This document shows, in pieces, positions 12,521 through 26,153 of a stretch of DNA of 64,000 bases. A model generated the notes under the pieces. The model had not been told where the DNA came from. It saw nothing but the letters and a program-made list of their open reading frames with translations, and made no database searches. Made by a program: the position numbers and the translations under genes. Numbering within the stretch: the stretch's first letter is position 1; each line of letters opens with the position of its first letter. Source of the DNA: Ranitomeya imitator (taxonomy: Eukaryota). Where the stretch lies: NCBI RefSeq assembly GCF_032444005.1, contig NC_091284.1, positions 835,140,001 to 835,204,000 of the forward strand, in the 5' to 3' direction.

Positions 12521-15500
12521 CGGTGACTGCACACGGCTCACCCGTATACACCGACATCACCCGTATACACCGACATCACCCGTATACACCGACATCACCC
12601 CTATACACCGACATCACCCCTATACACCGACATCACCCGTATACACCGACATCACCCGTATACACCGACATCACCCCTATACACCGACATCACCCGTATA
12701 CACCGACATCACCCCAATACACCGACATCACCCCAATACACCGACATCACCCCTATACACCGACATCACCCCTATACACCGACATCACCCGTATACACCG
12801 ACATCACAACAATACACCGACATCACCCCTATACACCGCCATCACCCGTATACACCGCCATCACCCATATACACCGACATCACCCGGGCCGTATACACCG
12901 ACATCACCCGTATACACCGCCATCACCCCAATACACCGACATCACCCGTATACACCGCCATCACCCCAATACACCGCCATCACCCCAATACACCGACATC
13001 ACCCGTATACACCGACATCACCCGTATACACCGACATCACCCGTATACACCGACATCACCCGTATACACCGCCATCACCCCTATACACCGACATCACCCC
13101 AATACACCGACATCACCCGTATACACCGACATCACCCGTATACACCGACATCACCCCAATACACCGACATCACCCCTATACACCGACATCACCCGTATAC
13201 ACCGACATCACCCGTATACACCGACATCACCCGTATACACCGCCATCACCCGTATACACCGCCATCACCCCTATACACCGACATCACCCCAATACACCGA
13301 CATCACCCGTATACACCGACATCACCCGTATACACCGACATCACCCCAATACACCGACATCACCCCTATACACCGACATCACCCCTATACACCGACATCA
13401 CCCGTATACACCGACATCACCCCAATACACCGACATCACCCGTATACACCGACATCACCCCTATACACCGACATCACCCGTATACACCGACATCACCCGT
13501 ATACACCGACATCACCCCTATACACCGACATCACCCCAATACACCGACATCACCCGTATACACCGACATCACCCCAATACACCGACATCACCCGTATACA
13601 CCGACATCACCCCTATACACCGACATCACCCCTATACACCGACATCACCCCTATACACCGACATCACCCGTATACACCGACATCACCCCAATACACCGAC
13701 ATCACCCGTATACACCGACATCACCCCTATACACCGACATCACCCGTATACACCGACATCACCCGTATACACCGACATCACCCCTATACACCGACATCAC
13801 CCCAATACACCGACATCACCCGTATACACCGACATCACCCCTATACACCGACATCACCCCTATACACCAACATCACCCGTATACACCGACATCACCCGTA
13901 TACACCGACATCACCCGTATACACCGACATCACCCCTATACACCGACATCACCCCTATACACCGACATCACAACAATACACCGACATCACCCGTATACAC
14001 CGACATCACAACAATACACCGACATCACCCGTATACACCGCCATCACCCGTATACACCGCCATCACCCGTATACACCGCCATCACCCGTATACACCGACA
14101 TCACCCGTATACACCGACATCACCCGGGCCGTATACACCGACATCACCCGTATACACCGCCATCACCCCAATACACCGACATCACCCGTATACACCGCCA
14201 TCACCCCAATACACCGACATCACCCCAATACACCGACATCACCCGTATACACCGACATCACCCGTATACACCGACATCACCCCTATACACCGACATCACC
14301 CCTATACACCGACATCACCCCTATACACCGACATCACCCCTATACACCGACATCACCCCTATACACCGACATCACCCCTATACACCGACATCACCCCTAT
14401 ACACCGACATCACCCCTATACACCGACATCACCCCTATACACCGACATCACCCCTATACACCGACATCACCCGTATACACCGCCATCACCCCAATACACC
14501 GCCATCACCCCAATACACCGACATCACCCCAATACACCGACATCATCCGTATACACCGACATCACCCGTATACACCGACATCACCCCAATACACCGACAT
14601 CACCCCAATACACCGACATCACCCGTATACACCGACATCACCCCAATACACCGACATCACCCCAATACACCGACATCACCCGTATACACCGACATCACCC
14701 GTATACACCGACATCACCCGTATACACCGACATCACCCCTATACACCGACATCACCCCTATACACCGACATCACAACAATACACCGACATCACCCGTATA
14801 CACCGACATCACCCGTATACACCGACATCACCCCTATACACCGACATCACCCCTATACACCGACATCACCCGTATACACCGACATCACCCGTATACACCG
14901 ACATCACCCGTATACACCGACATCACCCCAATACACCGACATCAACCGTATACACCGACATCACCCCAATACACCGACATCACCCCAATACACCGACATC
15001 ACCCCAATACACCGACATCACCCCTATACACCGACATCACCCCTATACACCGACATCACCCCTATACACCGACATCACCCCTATACACCGACATCACCCC
15101 AATACACCGACATCATCCGTATACACCGACATCACCCCTATACACCGACATCACCCCTATACACCGACATCACCCCAATACACCGACATCACCCGTATAC
15201 ACCGACATCACCCGTATACACCGACATCACCCGTATACACCGACATCACCCGTATACACCGACATCACCCGTATACACCGACATCACCCGTATACACCGA
15301 CATCACCCGTATACACCGACATCACCCCAATACACCGACATCACCCCAATACACCGACATCACCCGTATACACCGACATCACCCCTATACACCGACATCA
15401 TCCCTATACACCGACATCATCCCTATACACCGACATCACCCCTATACACCGACATCACCCCTATACACCGACATCACCCCTATACACCGACATCACCCCA

Positions 15501-16363
15501 ATACACCGACATCACCCCAATACACCGACATCACCCGTATACACCGACATCACCCCTATACACCGACATCACCCCAATACACCGACATCACCCCAATACA
15601 CCGACATCACCCCAATACACCGACATCACCCGTATACACCGACATCACCCGTATACACCGACATCACCCCAATACACCGACATCATCCGTATACACCGAC
15701 ATCACCCCTATACACCGACATCACCCCTATACACCGACATCACCCCTATACACCGACATCACCCGTATACACCGACATCACCCCTATACACCGACATCAC
15801 CCCTATACACCGACATCACCCGTATACACCGACATCACCCGTATACACCGACATCACCCCTATACACCGACATCACCCCTATACACAGACATCACCCCTA
15901 TACACCGACATCACCCGTATACACCGACATCACCCGTATACACCGACATCACCCCTATACACCGACATCACCCCAATACACCGACATCATCCCAATACAC
16001 CGACATCACCCGTATACACCGACATCACCCGTATACACCGACATCACCCGTATACACCGACATCACCCCTATACACCGACATCACCCGTATACACCGACA
16101 TCACCCGTATACACCGACATCACCCCAATACACCGACATCATCCCAATACACCGACATCACCCGTATACACCGACATCACCCGTATACACCGACATCACC
16201 CGTATACACCGACATCACCCCAATACACCGACATCACCCGTATACACCGACATCACCCCAATACACCGACATCACCCGTATACACCGACATCACCCCAAT
16301 ACACCGACATCACCCGGGCCGTATACACCGACATCACCCCTATACACCGACATCACCCGTATA
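12520..16363 (+). repeat. 19-bp minisatellite array, about 200 copies (ATCACCCGTATACACCGAC)
   Basis: Highly homogeneous 19-bp period; source of the 1308-aa and 1346-aa artefact ORFs. Confidence 0.97.
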
Positions 16364-16389
16364 CAGGCTCGGACTGGCCCTCAGTATCA

Positions 16390-16571
16390 GGCTGCCGTCA
16401 CACTATCAGTATTTGGTCAGTATTTTACATCAGTATTTGTAGCCAAAACCAGGAGTGGAACAAACAGAGGAAAAGTATAATAGAAACATCTGCTCCACTT
16501 CTGCATTTATCACCCACTCCTGGTTTTGGCTACAAACACGGATACCAAATACTGATCGTGTGACGGCGGCC
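16390..16571. mobile_element. Harbinger/PIF-like MITE
   Basis: TIR GGCTGCCGTCACAC / GTGTGACGGCGGCC; internal palindrome TGTAGCCAAAACCAGGAGTGG / CCACTCCTGGTTTTGGCTACA; right flank TAA. Confidence 0.75.
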
Positions 16572-17269
16572 TAAGGCCGGGGTCACACTGGCGTTTTAAA
16601 CGGTCGAGTGCAATGCGATTAACCCCTTTACCCCCAAGGGTGGTTTGCACGTTAATGACCAGGCCAATTTTTACAATTCTGACCACTGTCCCTTTATGAG
16701 GTTATAACTCCGAAACGCTTCAACGGATCCTGGTGATTCTGACATTGTTTTCTCGTGACATATTGTACTTCATGATAGTGGTAAAATTTCTTTGATAGTA
16801 CCTGCGTTTATTTGTGAAAAAAACGGAAATTTGGCGAAAATTTTGAAAATTTCGCAATTTTCAAACTTTGAATATTTATGCAATTAAATCACAGAGATAT
16901 GTCACACAAAATACTTAATAAGTAACATTTCCCACATGTCTCCTTTACATCAGCATAATTTTGGAACCAATTTTTTTTTTTGTTAGGGAGTTATAAGGGT
17001 TAAAAGTTGACCAGCAATTTCTCATTTCTACAACACCATTTTTTTTTAGGGACCACGTCTCATTTGAAGTCATTTTGAGGGGTCTATATGATAGAAAATG
17101 CCCAAGTGTGACACCATTCTAAAAACTGCACCCCTCAAGGTGCTCAAAACCACATTCAAGAAGTTTATTAACCCTTCAGGTGTTTAATAGGAATTTTTGG
17201 AATGTTTAAATAAAAATGAACATTTAACTTTTTTACACAAAAAATTTACTTCAGCTCCAATTTGTTTTA

Positions 17270-19060
17270 TTTTACCAAGGGTAACAGGAGAAATTGGACC
17301 CAAAAAGTTGTTGTCCAATTTGTCCTGAGTACGCTGATACCCCATATGTGGCAGTAAACCACTGTTTGGGCGCATGGGAGAGCTCGGAAGGGAAGGAGCG
17401 CTATTTGACTTTTCAATGCAAAATTGACTGGAATTGAGATGGGACGCCATGTTGCGTTTGGAGAGCCACTGATGTGCCTAAACATTGAAACCCCCCACAA
17501 GTGACACCATTTTGGAAAGTAGACCCCCTAAGGAACTTATCTGGATGTGTGGTGAGCACTTTGACCCACCAAGTGCTTCACAGAAGTTTATAATGCAGAA
17601 CCGTAAAAATAAAAAATCATATTTTTTCACAAAAATTATATTTTTGCCCCCAATTTTTTATTTTTCCAAGGGTAAGAGAAGAAATTGGACCTCAAAAGTT
17701 GTTGTCCAATTTGTCCTGAGTACGCTGATACCCCATATGTGGCAGTAAACCACTGTTTGGGCGCATGGGAGAGCTCGGAAGGGAAGGAGCGCAGTTTGAA
17801 TTTTCAATGCAAAATTGACAGAAATTGAGATGGGACGCCATGTTGCGTTTGGAGAGCCACTGATGTGCCTAAACATTGAAACCCCCCACAAGTGACACCA
17901 TTTTGGAAAGTAGACCCCCTAAGGAACTTATCTAGAGGTGTGGTGAGCACTTTGACCCACCAAGTGCTTCACAGAAGTTTATAATGCAGAGCCATAAAAA
18001 TAAAACAAAATTTTTTTCCCACAAAAATTATTTTTTAGCCCCCAGTTTTGTATTTTCCCTAGGGTAACAGGAGAAATTGGACCCCAAAAGTTGTTGTCCA
18101 ATTTGTCCTGAGTACGCTGATACCCCATATGTGGGGGGGAACCACCGTTTGGGCGCATGGGAGGGTTCGGAAGGGAAGGAGCGCCATTTGGAATGCAGAC
18201 TTAGATGGAATGGTCTGCAGGCGTCACATTGCGTTTGCAGAGCCCCTAATGTACCTAAACAGTAGAAACCCCCCACAAGTGACACCATTTTGGAAAGTAG
18301 ACCCCCTAAGGAACTCATCTTGATGTGTTGTGAGAGCTTTGAACCCCCAAGTATTTCACTACAGTTTATAACGCAGAGCCATGCAAATAAAAAATATTTT
18401 TTTTTCCACAAAAATTATATTTTAGCCCCCAGTTTTGTATTTTTCCAAGGTTAGCAGGAGAAATTGGACCCTAAATGTTGTTGTCCAATTTGTCCTGAGT
18501 ACGCTGATACCCGATATGTGGGGGGGAACCACCGTTTGGGCGCATGGGAGGGCTCGGAAGGGAAGGAGCATCATTTGGAATGCAGACTTAGATGGATTGG
18601 TCTGCAGGCGTCACATTGCGTTTGCAGAGCCCCTAATGTACCTAAACAGTAGAAACCCCCCACAAGTGACCCCATATTGGAAACTAGACCCCTCAATGAA
18701 CTTATCTAGATGTGTTGTGAGAACTTTGAACCCCCAAGTGTTTCACTACAGTTTATAACGCAGAGCCGTGAAAATAAAAAATCTTTTTGTTTTCCCACAA
18801 AAATTATTTTTTAGCCCCCAGTTTTGTATTTTCCCAAGGGTAACAGGAGAAATTGGTCCACAAAAGTTGTTGTCCAATTTGTCCTGAGTACGCTGATACC
18901 CCATATGTTGGGGTAAACCCCTGTTTGGGCACACGGGAGAGCTCGGAAGGGAAGGAGCACTGTTTTACTTTTTCAACGCAGAATTGGCTGGAATTGAGAT
19001 CAGACGCCATGTCGTGTTTGGAGAGCCCCTGATGTGCCGAAACAGTGGAAACCCCCCAAT
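17270..19060 (+). repeat. About 390-bp internal tandem repeat, about 5 copies
   Basis: GAAATTGGA...GTTGTTGTCCAATTTGTCCTGAGTACGCTGATACCC recurs near 17290, 17681, 18073, 18461 and 18850. Confidence 0.9.
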
Positions 19061-19067
19061 TATAACT

Positions 19068-19215
19068 GAAACCCTAATCTAAACACACCCCTAACCCTAA
19101 TTCCAACGGTAACCCTAACCACACCTCTAACCCTGACACACCCCTAACCCTAATCCCAACCCTATTCCCAACTGTAAATGTAATCTAAACCCTAACCCTA
19201 ACTTTAGCCCCAACC
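19068..19215 (+). repeat. Degenerate telomere-like (CCCTAA)n tract
   Basis: ACCCTAA/CCTAACCCTAA motifs running into the N gap. Confidence 0.75.
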
Positions 19216-19421
19216 NNNNNNNNNNNNNNNNNNNNNNNNNNNNNNNNNNNNNNNNNNNNNNNNNNNNNNNNNNNNNNNNNNNNNNNNNNNNNNNNNNNNN
19301 NNNNNNNNNNNNNNNNNNNNNNNNNNNNNNNNNNNNNNNNNNNNNNNNNNNNNNNNNNNNNNNNNNNNNNNNNNNNNNNNNNNNNNNNNNNNNNNNNNNN
19401 NNNNNNNNNNNNNNNNNNNNN
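19216..19421. other. Assembly gap (N run)
   Basis: About 206 Ns. Confidence 0.99.
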
Positions 19422-20882
19422 AAAATGGAAATAAATACATTTTTTTTTATTTTTCCCTAACTAAGGGGGTGATGAAGGGGGGTTTGATTTACTTTTATAG
19501 CGAGTTTTTTAGCGGATTTTTATGATTGGCAGCCGTCACACACTGAAAGACCCTTTTTATTGCAAAAAATATTTTTTGCAATACCACATTTTGAGAGCTA
19601 TAATTTTTCCATATTTTGGTCCACAGAGTCATGTGAGGTCTTGTTTTTTGCGGGACGAGTTGACGTTTTTATTGAAAACATTTTTGGGCACGTGACATTT
19701 TTTTTATCGCTTTTTATTCTGATTTTTGTGAGGAAGAATGACCAAAAGCCAGCTATTCATGAATTTCTATTGGGGGAGGCGTTTATACCGTTCCGCGTTT
19801 GGTAAAATTGATAAAGCAGTTTTATTCTTCGGGTCAGTACGATTACAGCGATACCTCATTTATATCATTTTTTTATGGTTTGGTGCTTTTATACGATAAA
19901 AACTATTTTACAGAAAAAATAATTATTTTTGCATCGCTTTATTCTCAGGACTATAACTTTTTTATTTTTTTGCTGATGATGCTGTATGGCGGCTCTTTTT
20001 TTGCGGGACAATATGGCGCTTTCAGCGGTACCATGGTTATTTATATCTGTCCTTTTGATCGCGTGTTATTCCACTTTTTGTTCGGCGGTATGATAATAAA
20101 GCGTTGTTTTTTGCCTCTTTTTTTTTTTTTTCTTACGGTGTTTACTGAAGGGGTTAACTAGTGGGACAGTTTTATAGGTCGGGTCGTTACGGACGCGGCG
20201 ATACTAAATATGTGTACTTTTATTGGTTTTTTTTTTTTATTTAGATGAAGAAATGTATTTATTGAAATAATATTTTTTTTTTTTTTTCATTATTTTGGAA
20301 TATTTTTTTTTATTTTTTTTACACATTTGGAAATTTTTTTTTTACTTTTTTACTTTGTCCCAGGGGGGGACATCACAGATCAGTGATCTGACAGTTTGCA
20401 CAGCACTCTGTCAGATCACTGATCTGATAGGAGTGCAGGCTGCTTCACAGTGCCTGCTCTGAGCAGGCTCTGTGAAGCCACCTCCCTCCCTGCAGGACCC
20501 GGATCCGCGGCCATCTTGGATCCGGGGCTCGAGCAGGGAGGGAGGTGAGGAGACCCTCGCAGCAACGCGATCACATCGCGTTGCTGCGGGGGGCTCAGGG
20601 AAGCCCGCAGGGAGCCCCCTCCCTGCGCGGTGCTTCCCTGCACCGCCGGCACATCGCGATCATCTTTGATCGCGGTGTGCCAGGGGTTAATGTGCCGGGG
20701 GCGGTCCGTGACCGCTCCTGGCACATAGTGCCGGATGTCAGCTGCGATAAGCAGCTGACACCCGGCCGCGATCGGCCGCGCTCCCCCCGTGAGCGCGGCC
20801 GATCGGCTATGACGTACTATCCCGTCCAGGGTCAGATAAGCCCAGGGCACCTCGACGGGATAGTACGTCTAAGGTCACAGAG

Positions 20883-20919
<37 letters not shown>

Positions 20920-20942
20920 GCATTGCACTCGGACCAATGTAA

Positions 20943-21567
20943 GGCTAGGTTCACATTGCGTTAGTGGCAGTCCGCTAACGGGATCCGTTACACAGCGCCA
21001 CTAACGTAATGTAACAGGTCCGTTAGCGCTGCCATTGACGGCAATGTAACTAACGCATTGCTAACGTGTGCCATTTTTGGCATGCGCTAGCGATGTCCCG
21101 TTAGTTTAGGACGGACCTCGAACGCTGCTTGCAGCGTTTTTGGGTCCGTTCTCGCTAGCGCAGATCAGGCATCTGCACTAGCGGGATCGCTAAACGCAAT
21201 CCCTTTTGGAACATTGCGTTAGGCTACATTCACATTTGCATTGTGCGATGTTGCGTCGGTGACGCAACGCACAACGCAAACAAAAACGCACGCTAAAACG
21301 CATAGTTTTGCGACGCATGCATCCTTTTTTGCCGAATTTTGGACGCAAAAAAAAATGCGCCCTAACGCTTGTGGCAAAAAAAACATGCATGCATCGCAAA
21401 ACGCATGCAAACGCATGTCCATGCGCCCCCATGTTAAATATAGGGGTGCATGGCGCATGCGTCGCCGCGGCTGCGCCCGACGCAGAACGCAAATGTGAAC
21501 GTAGCCTTAGCGCAGTCCGTTAGCGTATGCGCTAAACGGATTGCACTAACGCAATGTGAACCTAGCC
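20943..21567. mobile_element. Harbinger/PIF-like MITE nested in the 16575-21911 MITE
   Basis: TIR GGCTAGGTTCACATTGCGTTAGTG / CACTAACGCAATGTGAACCTAGCC; flanks TAA and TTA. Confidence 0.85.
21222..21506. mobile_element. Harbinger/PIF-like MITE nested in the 20943-21567 MITE
   Basis: TIR GGCTACATTCACATTTGC / GCAAATGTGAACGTAGCC; TTA on both sides (21219-21221, 21507-21509). Confidence 0.85.
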
Positions 21568-22153
21568 TTACGCTATGGGGCAGCTCTCAGCAGCCGACTT
21601 TTTGTCGGCCGTTTTCCTCGGTCCGAGACAATTGCAGCATGCATATCCATATAAGCCTATGGGTGCGAGTGAGACAGCGCACACCACTGGGATATCATCC
21701 GAGTGATGTGCGCTGTAAGCGGACCCCAGCAATGGAGGAGATGGAGAAATTCATTTCTCTGCCTCCTCCGCAGCTGTGCTCCGATCCTCCCTGTGCGAGA
21801 GAATGGGAGCACAGACGCATGACACTCGGCTCCTGCTCTGCTGCGAGTGTCATTAGCATATCGCATCCGATGTTCTCGCATCGGATACAATACGCCAGTG
21901 TGACACCGGCCTAACAGGGGAATCCCCCGGTGCGCCCCTGTGCAGATCTGGGCATTATTTGGCATAATTAAAATTGATTCACTCTGTAGATAAAGCAGCA
22001 TCTCATCCTTTATTAACCAAACTACCCAGTTTATTAATATATAGAGATATAGGTAAATTTGTGAACGAGGGTAGTATAATATTTGTATGCAGGTGAAAAG
22101 TGGGCCCCCACAATCAGTTACTGGTGGGTCCTTAGCACCCCAGTCCGACACTG

Positions 22154-23140
22154 CCCGTTTACACCGATGTAACCCCTATACACCATCACCCTTATACATC
22201 GACATCACCCCATACACACCGACATAACCCATACACACCGTCACCCCTAGACACTGACATCACCCATACACACCGTCACCCCTAGACACCGACATCACAA
22301 CTAGACACAGACGTCATCGCTACACACCATCACCCCTATACACCAACGTCACCGCTGCACACCATCACCCCTATACACCGACATCACCCATATACACCAT
22401 CACCCCTAGACACGGACATCACCCCTACACACCGGTCACCCCTAAACAGCATCACCGCTACACAACATCACCTCTAGACATGGACATCACCGCTACACAC
22501 AGACGTCACCCCCATACACTGACATAACCCATATACACCGACGTCAACGCTACACAACATCACCCCTAGACACGGACATCACCCCTACACACACCGACAT
22601 AACCCATATACACCGGTCACCCCTAAACACTGACATAACCCATATACACCGACATAACCCATATACACCGACGTCAACGCTACACACCGGTCACCCCTAA
22701 ACAGCATCACCGCTACACACACCGACATAACCCATATACACCGGTCACCCCTAAACACTGACATAACCCATATACACCGACATAACCCATATACACCGAC
22801 GTCAACGCTACACAACATCACCCCTAGACACGGACATCACCCCTACACACACCGACATAACCCATATACACCGGTCACCCCTAAACACCGACATAACCCA
22901 TATACACCGACATAACCCATATACACCACCATCCCTAGACATAGATGTCACCCCTAGACTTCGACTTCACCCCTAAACACAGATGTCACCCCTACACACC
23001 ATCACCCCTAGACACCAACATCATCCCTAGACATAGATGTCACCCCTAGACACCGACATAACTCATATACACCGACCTCACCCCTAAACACAGATGTCAC
23101 CCCTACACACCATCACCCCTACACACCGACATAATACATT
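22154..23140 (+). repeat. Degenerate continuation of the 19-bp ATCACCC(C/G)TA(T/G)ACACCGAC minisatellite
   Basis: Same core as 12520-16363 with many substitutions and indels. Confidence 0.85.
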
Positions 23141-24039
23141 ACACAATATTTCTACATAATACTGCAAAGTAAGATTTCACAAGTGGAAATATTAATAGGT
23201 TTATTTATAATAATAGTGAATTATCAAAAGAGACTACTCATCACCTCCATCATCAGTATCCAGTGACCGCCCATCGCCTCCATTATCAGTATCTGGTGAT
23301 CGCCCGTTGCCGCTATCCTTTCTTCTCGACACTCGTTCACAAGTTATGGAGGATTTCGGCAGGAGGTTGCTCTAAACATGTCCTCCTGATGTCCCCGTCA
23401 GCCCCAGAGAGTCCTGGCAGGGTGCAATGTGTCCATTGTACACTGTAAGAGACATGTCTCCTGGGACACTTTGGAGAAATGGCCACCACTGGTTCTACAC
23501 CGAGCTGTTAGTGACGTCTTCAGAATCTGTGGCTTCTCTCTCCCACGACTGCCCAGGTTCCCTCCACCCACACAGTGACTATGGAGGTCTTAACACAGGC
23601 CTCCATGGCTTTAAGGCATCACTGTAGTCTATTACTGGCACCTAGTGAAGCTGACAACCCCATCATAGAAGCTGACAACTGCATCCTCCAAGTGTCGGTC
23701 CACCATCGCCCACCACAGAGCTGACAACCCCGGCCACTGATACACCTCAGCCATCATATGACCCGACAGCCCACAGAGCACACTCACCGGACAATGGCCT
23801 CCACAGCCAGCAGCCTGAAGCATGGACCCTCAGTACCAGCGTCCACATCACTCACAGCAGTGATCACCAGAGGAGATGGCTGCTTTGTAGTGTCGCTGCA
23901 GAGCTGGGTTTGAGTCAGAACCAAATACAAGAAACCTGAGAAAATGTGGTGTTGGCACGAGACCGTGCAAGGTAACGTGGCACCGATGTGAAACGGTGAG
24001 GCGAAGCGGTGCTGCATAGAGAATGTGTGAGCTAAAGTG

Positions 24040-24490
24040 GCACTGATGTGACAACGTGTGAGGTAACGTGGCTCCAATGTTAGACCGTGTGAGGCAACGT
24101 GGCTCTGATTGTGAGACCATGTGAGGTAATGTGGAGCCGATGTGAGACCGTGTGAGGTAATGTGGAGCCGATGTGAGACCGTGTGAGGCAACGTGGCTCC
24201 GATGTGAGACAGTGTGAGGTAATGTGGAGCCAATGTGACACCGCGTGAGGTAACGTGGAGCCTATGTGACACCGCGTGAGGTAACGTGGAGCCTATGTGA
24301 CACCGTGTGAGGTAACGTGGAGCCTATGTGACACCGTGTGAGGTAACGTGGAGCCTATGTGACAGTGTGAGGCAACGCAGATCCGATCTGAGACAGTGTG
24401 AGGTAATGTGGAGCCGATGTGACACCGCGTGAGGTAACGTGGAGCCTATGTGACACCGCGTGAGGTAACGTGGAGCCTATGTGACACCGT
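24040..24490 (+). repeat. About 31-bp minisatellite (GTGTGAGGTAACGTGGAGCCTATGTGACACC)
   Basis: Visible period at 24241-24490; degenerate toward 23990. Confidence 0.85.
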
Positions 24491-26153
24491 CTTCAACTCA
24501 GCTGTCAGCGTGAGCAAGGCTGGTTATCAAAAATAGAGGGGTCTACATGCTGTATTAATTATTTAAATTTTTTATTTTTTTTTTTAAATAGCGTGGGGTC
24601 CCCCCCTCCAATTTTTGACAACCAGCCTTGCTAAAGCTCACAGCTGGGGGCTGGTAAGGGGCCATTGATTGATATAGGCCCCCCAGCCTAAAAATAGCAG
24701 CCCGCATCTGCCCAGAAAAGGTACATATATTAGATGCGCCAATTCTGGGGTTTTGCCCGGCTCTTCCCACTTGCCCTGTAGGGGTGTCAAGTGGGGTTCA
24801 GCTCACCTTTGTATTGTCTGGTAACATCAAGTCCACGGATTACTAATGGAGAGGCGTCTATAAAGACAATTAACAGCTGCGGGTTGCATCACGCAGCTTT
24901 CAGTTATTAGCAGCAGCAGCAGGTGTAGGCCGATGGGAGTAGTAGTCCCATCAGTCGGCGCCTGCTCTTGCTGTTATCAGTTGAATATAACTGTCAACAT
25001 TCTCCCCTGTTTGTGCGGATCTCAGCGCGAGCAGGGGAGAATAATGAGAGCAGTCTTCAGCACCCGGCCCCAGGAAACAGCGCTAACTGTACCACTGCTT
25101 CCCAGGCGCCAGTACGTGTCACACTGATGTCACCCGTGTGCGGGATTTTATGTGGCCCATCCTGCTGTTAAAAAAAAAAACAGACATGTCAGTGTATTTT
25201 GCCCATGGACACATGGTCTGTGGAGAAACAGTCCGCGAAAACATACTGACGTGCACATACCCATTCGCTTGAATGGGTCTACGTGTGTAAGTTTCTGCAG
25301 GATGTGTGAAAATTGTCACCACACATACCGGAGACACGGACGTCTGAAAGAGCCCTTATGAGGGGCCATCGGACAGCACAGGGACCCCCCACCCCACAGG
25401 AGGCCTAACACACCCCCGAGAGAGGGCACCAACCACACACACCTTCTCCCCACAGCACAGGACCCCACCCCTTCCATGCACCGTACCGAGTCCCCCCGAC
25501 ACAGGGTCACACACATCTTATTTTATAGAGGAGTAGATTGCGAATCATTTCCTTGATGACCCACCACTCCCATGACTCCACTGGACAGCAGTGACCACAC
25601 GGACCAGGGCAGCCGATCCTGTGCAAGTCTGCCCCCGGCCACCAGAGGGCAGCACAAGCCATAGTATTCATAGACAAAGGCCGTTCTCCGTAATCCATCA
25701 GTGCAGAGGATTTCAGCAACACTTTTCCCAGAATATCTGAGGCAGGGGTCTCGAACTCGCCTGGGTATATGGGCCACATATAGAAAAAAAATTGAATGGG
25801 GGGGGGGGGTGGGGCATTCTTTGAAGGACAAAGTGACATTTTAAGTGATACCATTATTTTTCTATACACCTTTTAAACATTTTGGCCGTGTTTATTTTTT
25901 TTTACAGCTTGGGTCGTTACGGATGTGGGGATAACAATTATGCATCGTGTTGTAGTTATGTCCCCATAGCCAGGTCCTACATGTATAACCGCTCATTATC
26001 CAGATTTCCATAGGTTTCCTCCACCCCCATACACAATTTAGTGGAGCGTACTTATGGTATGAACAGGTCGAGGGGAGTAAGTTACAACCAAAGACCCCCC
26101 ACCATCCTCGCTGCAGAGAACGTACGGCACACGTCTCCTCCTATGGACACGGT

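Larger units (their letters stand above)
16623..20885. mobile_element. Large non-autonomous TTAA-type (piggyBac-like) element with internal tandem repeats; spans an assembly gap
   Basis: TTAA|CCCCTT left end; AGAGGGG|TAAA right end; inserted between the two arms of the host palindrome. No transposase seen; TIR match is short, so the superfamily is tentative. Confidence 0.6.
16575..21911. mobile_element. Harbinger/PIF-like MITE split by nested elements
   Basis: TIR GGCCGGGGTCACACTGGCGT / ACGCCAGTGTGACACCGGCC (1 mismatch); TAA on both sides (16572-16574, 21912-21914). Confidence 0.8.
16364..22153. mobile_element. Non-autonomous hAT-like element hosting nested insertions
   Basis: Ends CAGGCTCGGACTGG and CCAGTCCGACACTG (12/14 inverted match); 8-bp flanks CCCGTATA (16356-16363) and CCCGTTTA (22154-22161), 7/8 identical, consistent with a hAT TSD. 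Confidence 0.7.

Noticed and set aside
12536-12544. Donor-like CGG|GTGAGC at the edge of the 19-bp array
   Set aside because: It would make the array exonic; every unit has a similar GGGTGATG, so a chance variant is likely.
12516-16563. 1308-aa and 1346-aa ORFs
   Set aside because: Translations of a stop-free 19-bp repeat; the unit is not a multiple of 3 and there is no domain content.
24490-25350. Fragments resembling dispersed MITE or TE sequence (also 30620-31190, 33960-34165, 45820-46010)
   Set aside because: Termini and TSDs too decayed to delimit or classify by eye.
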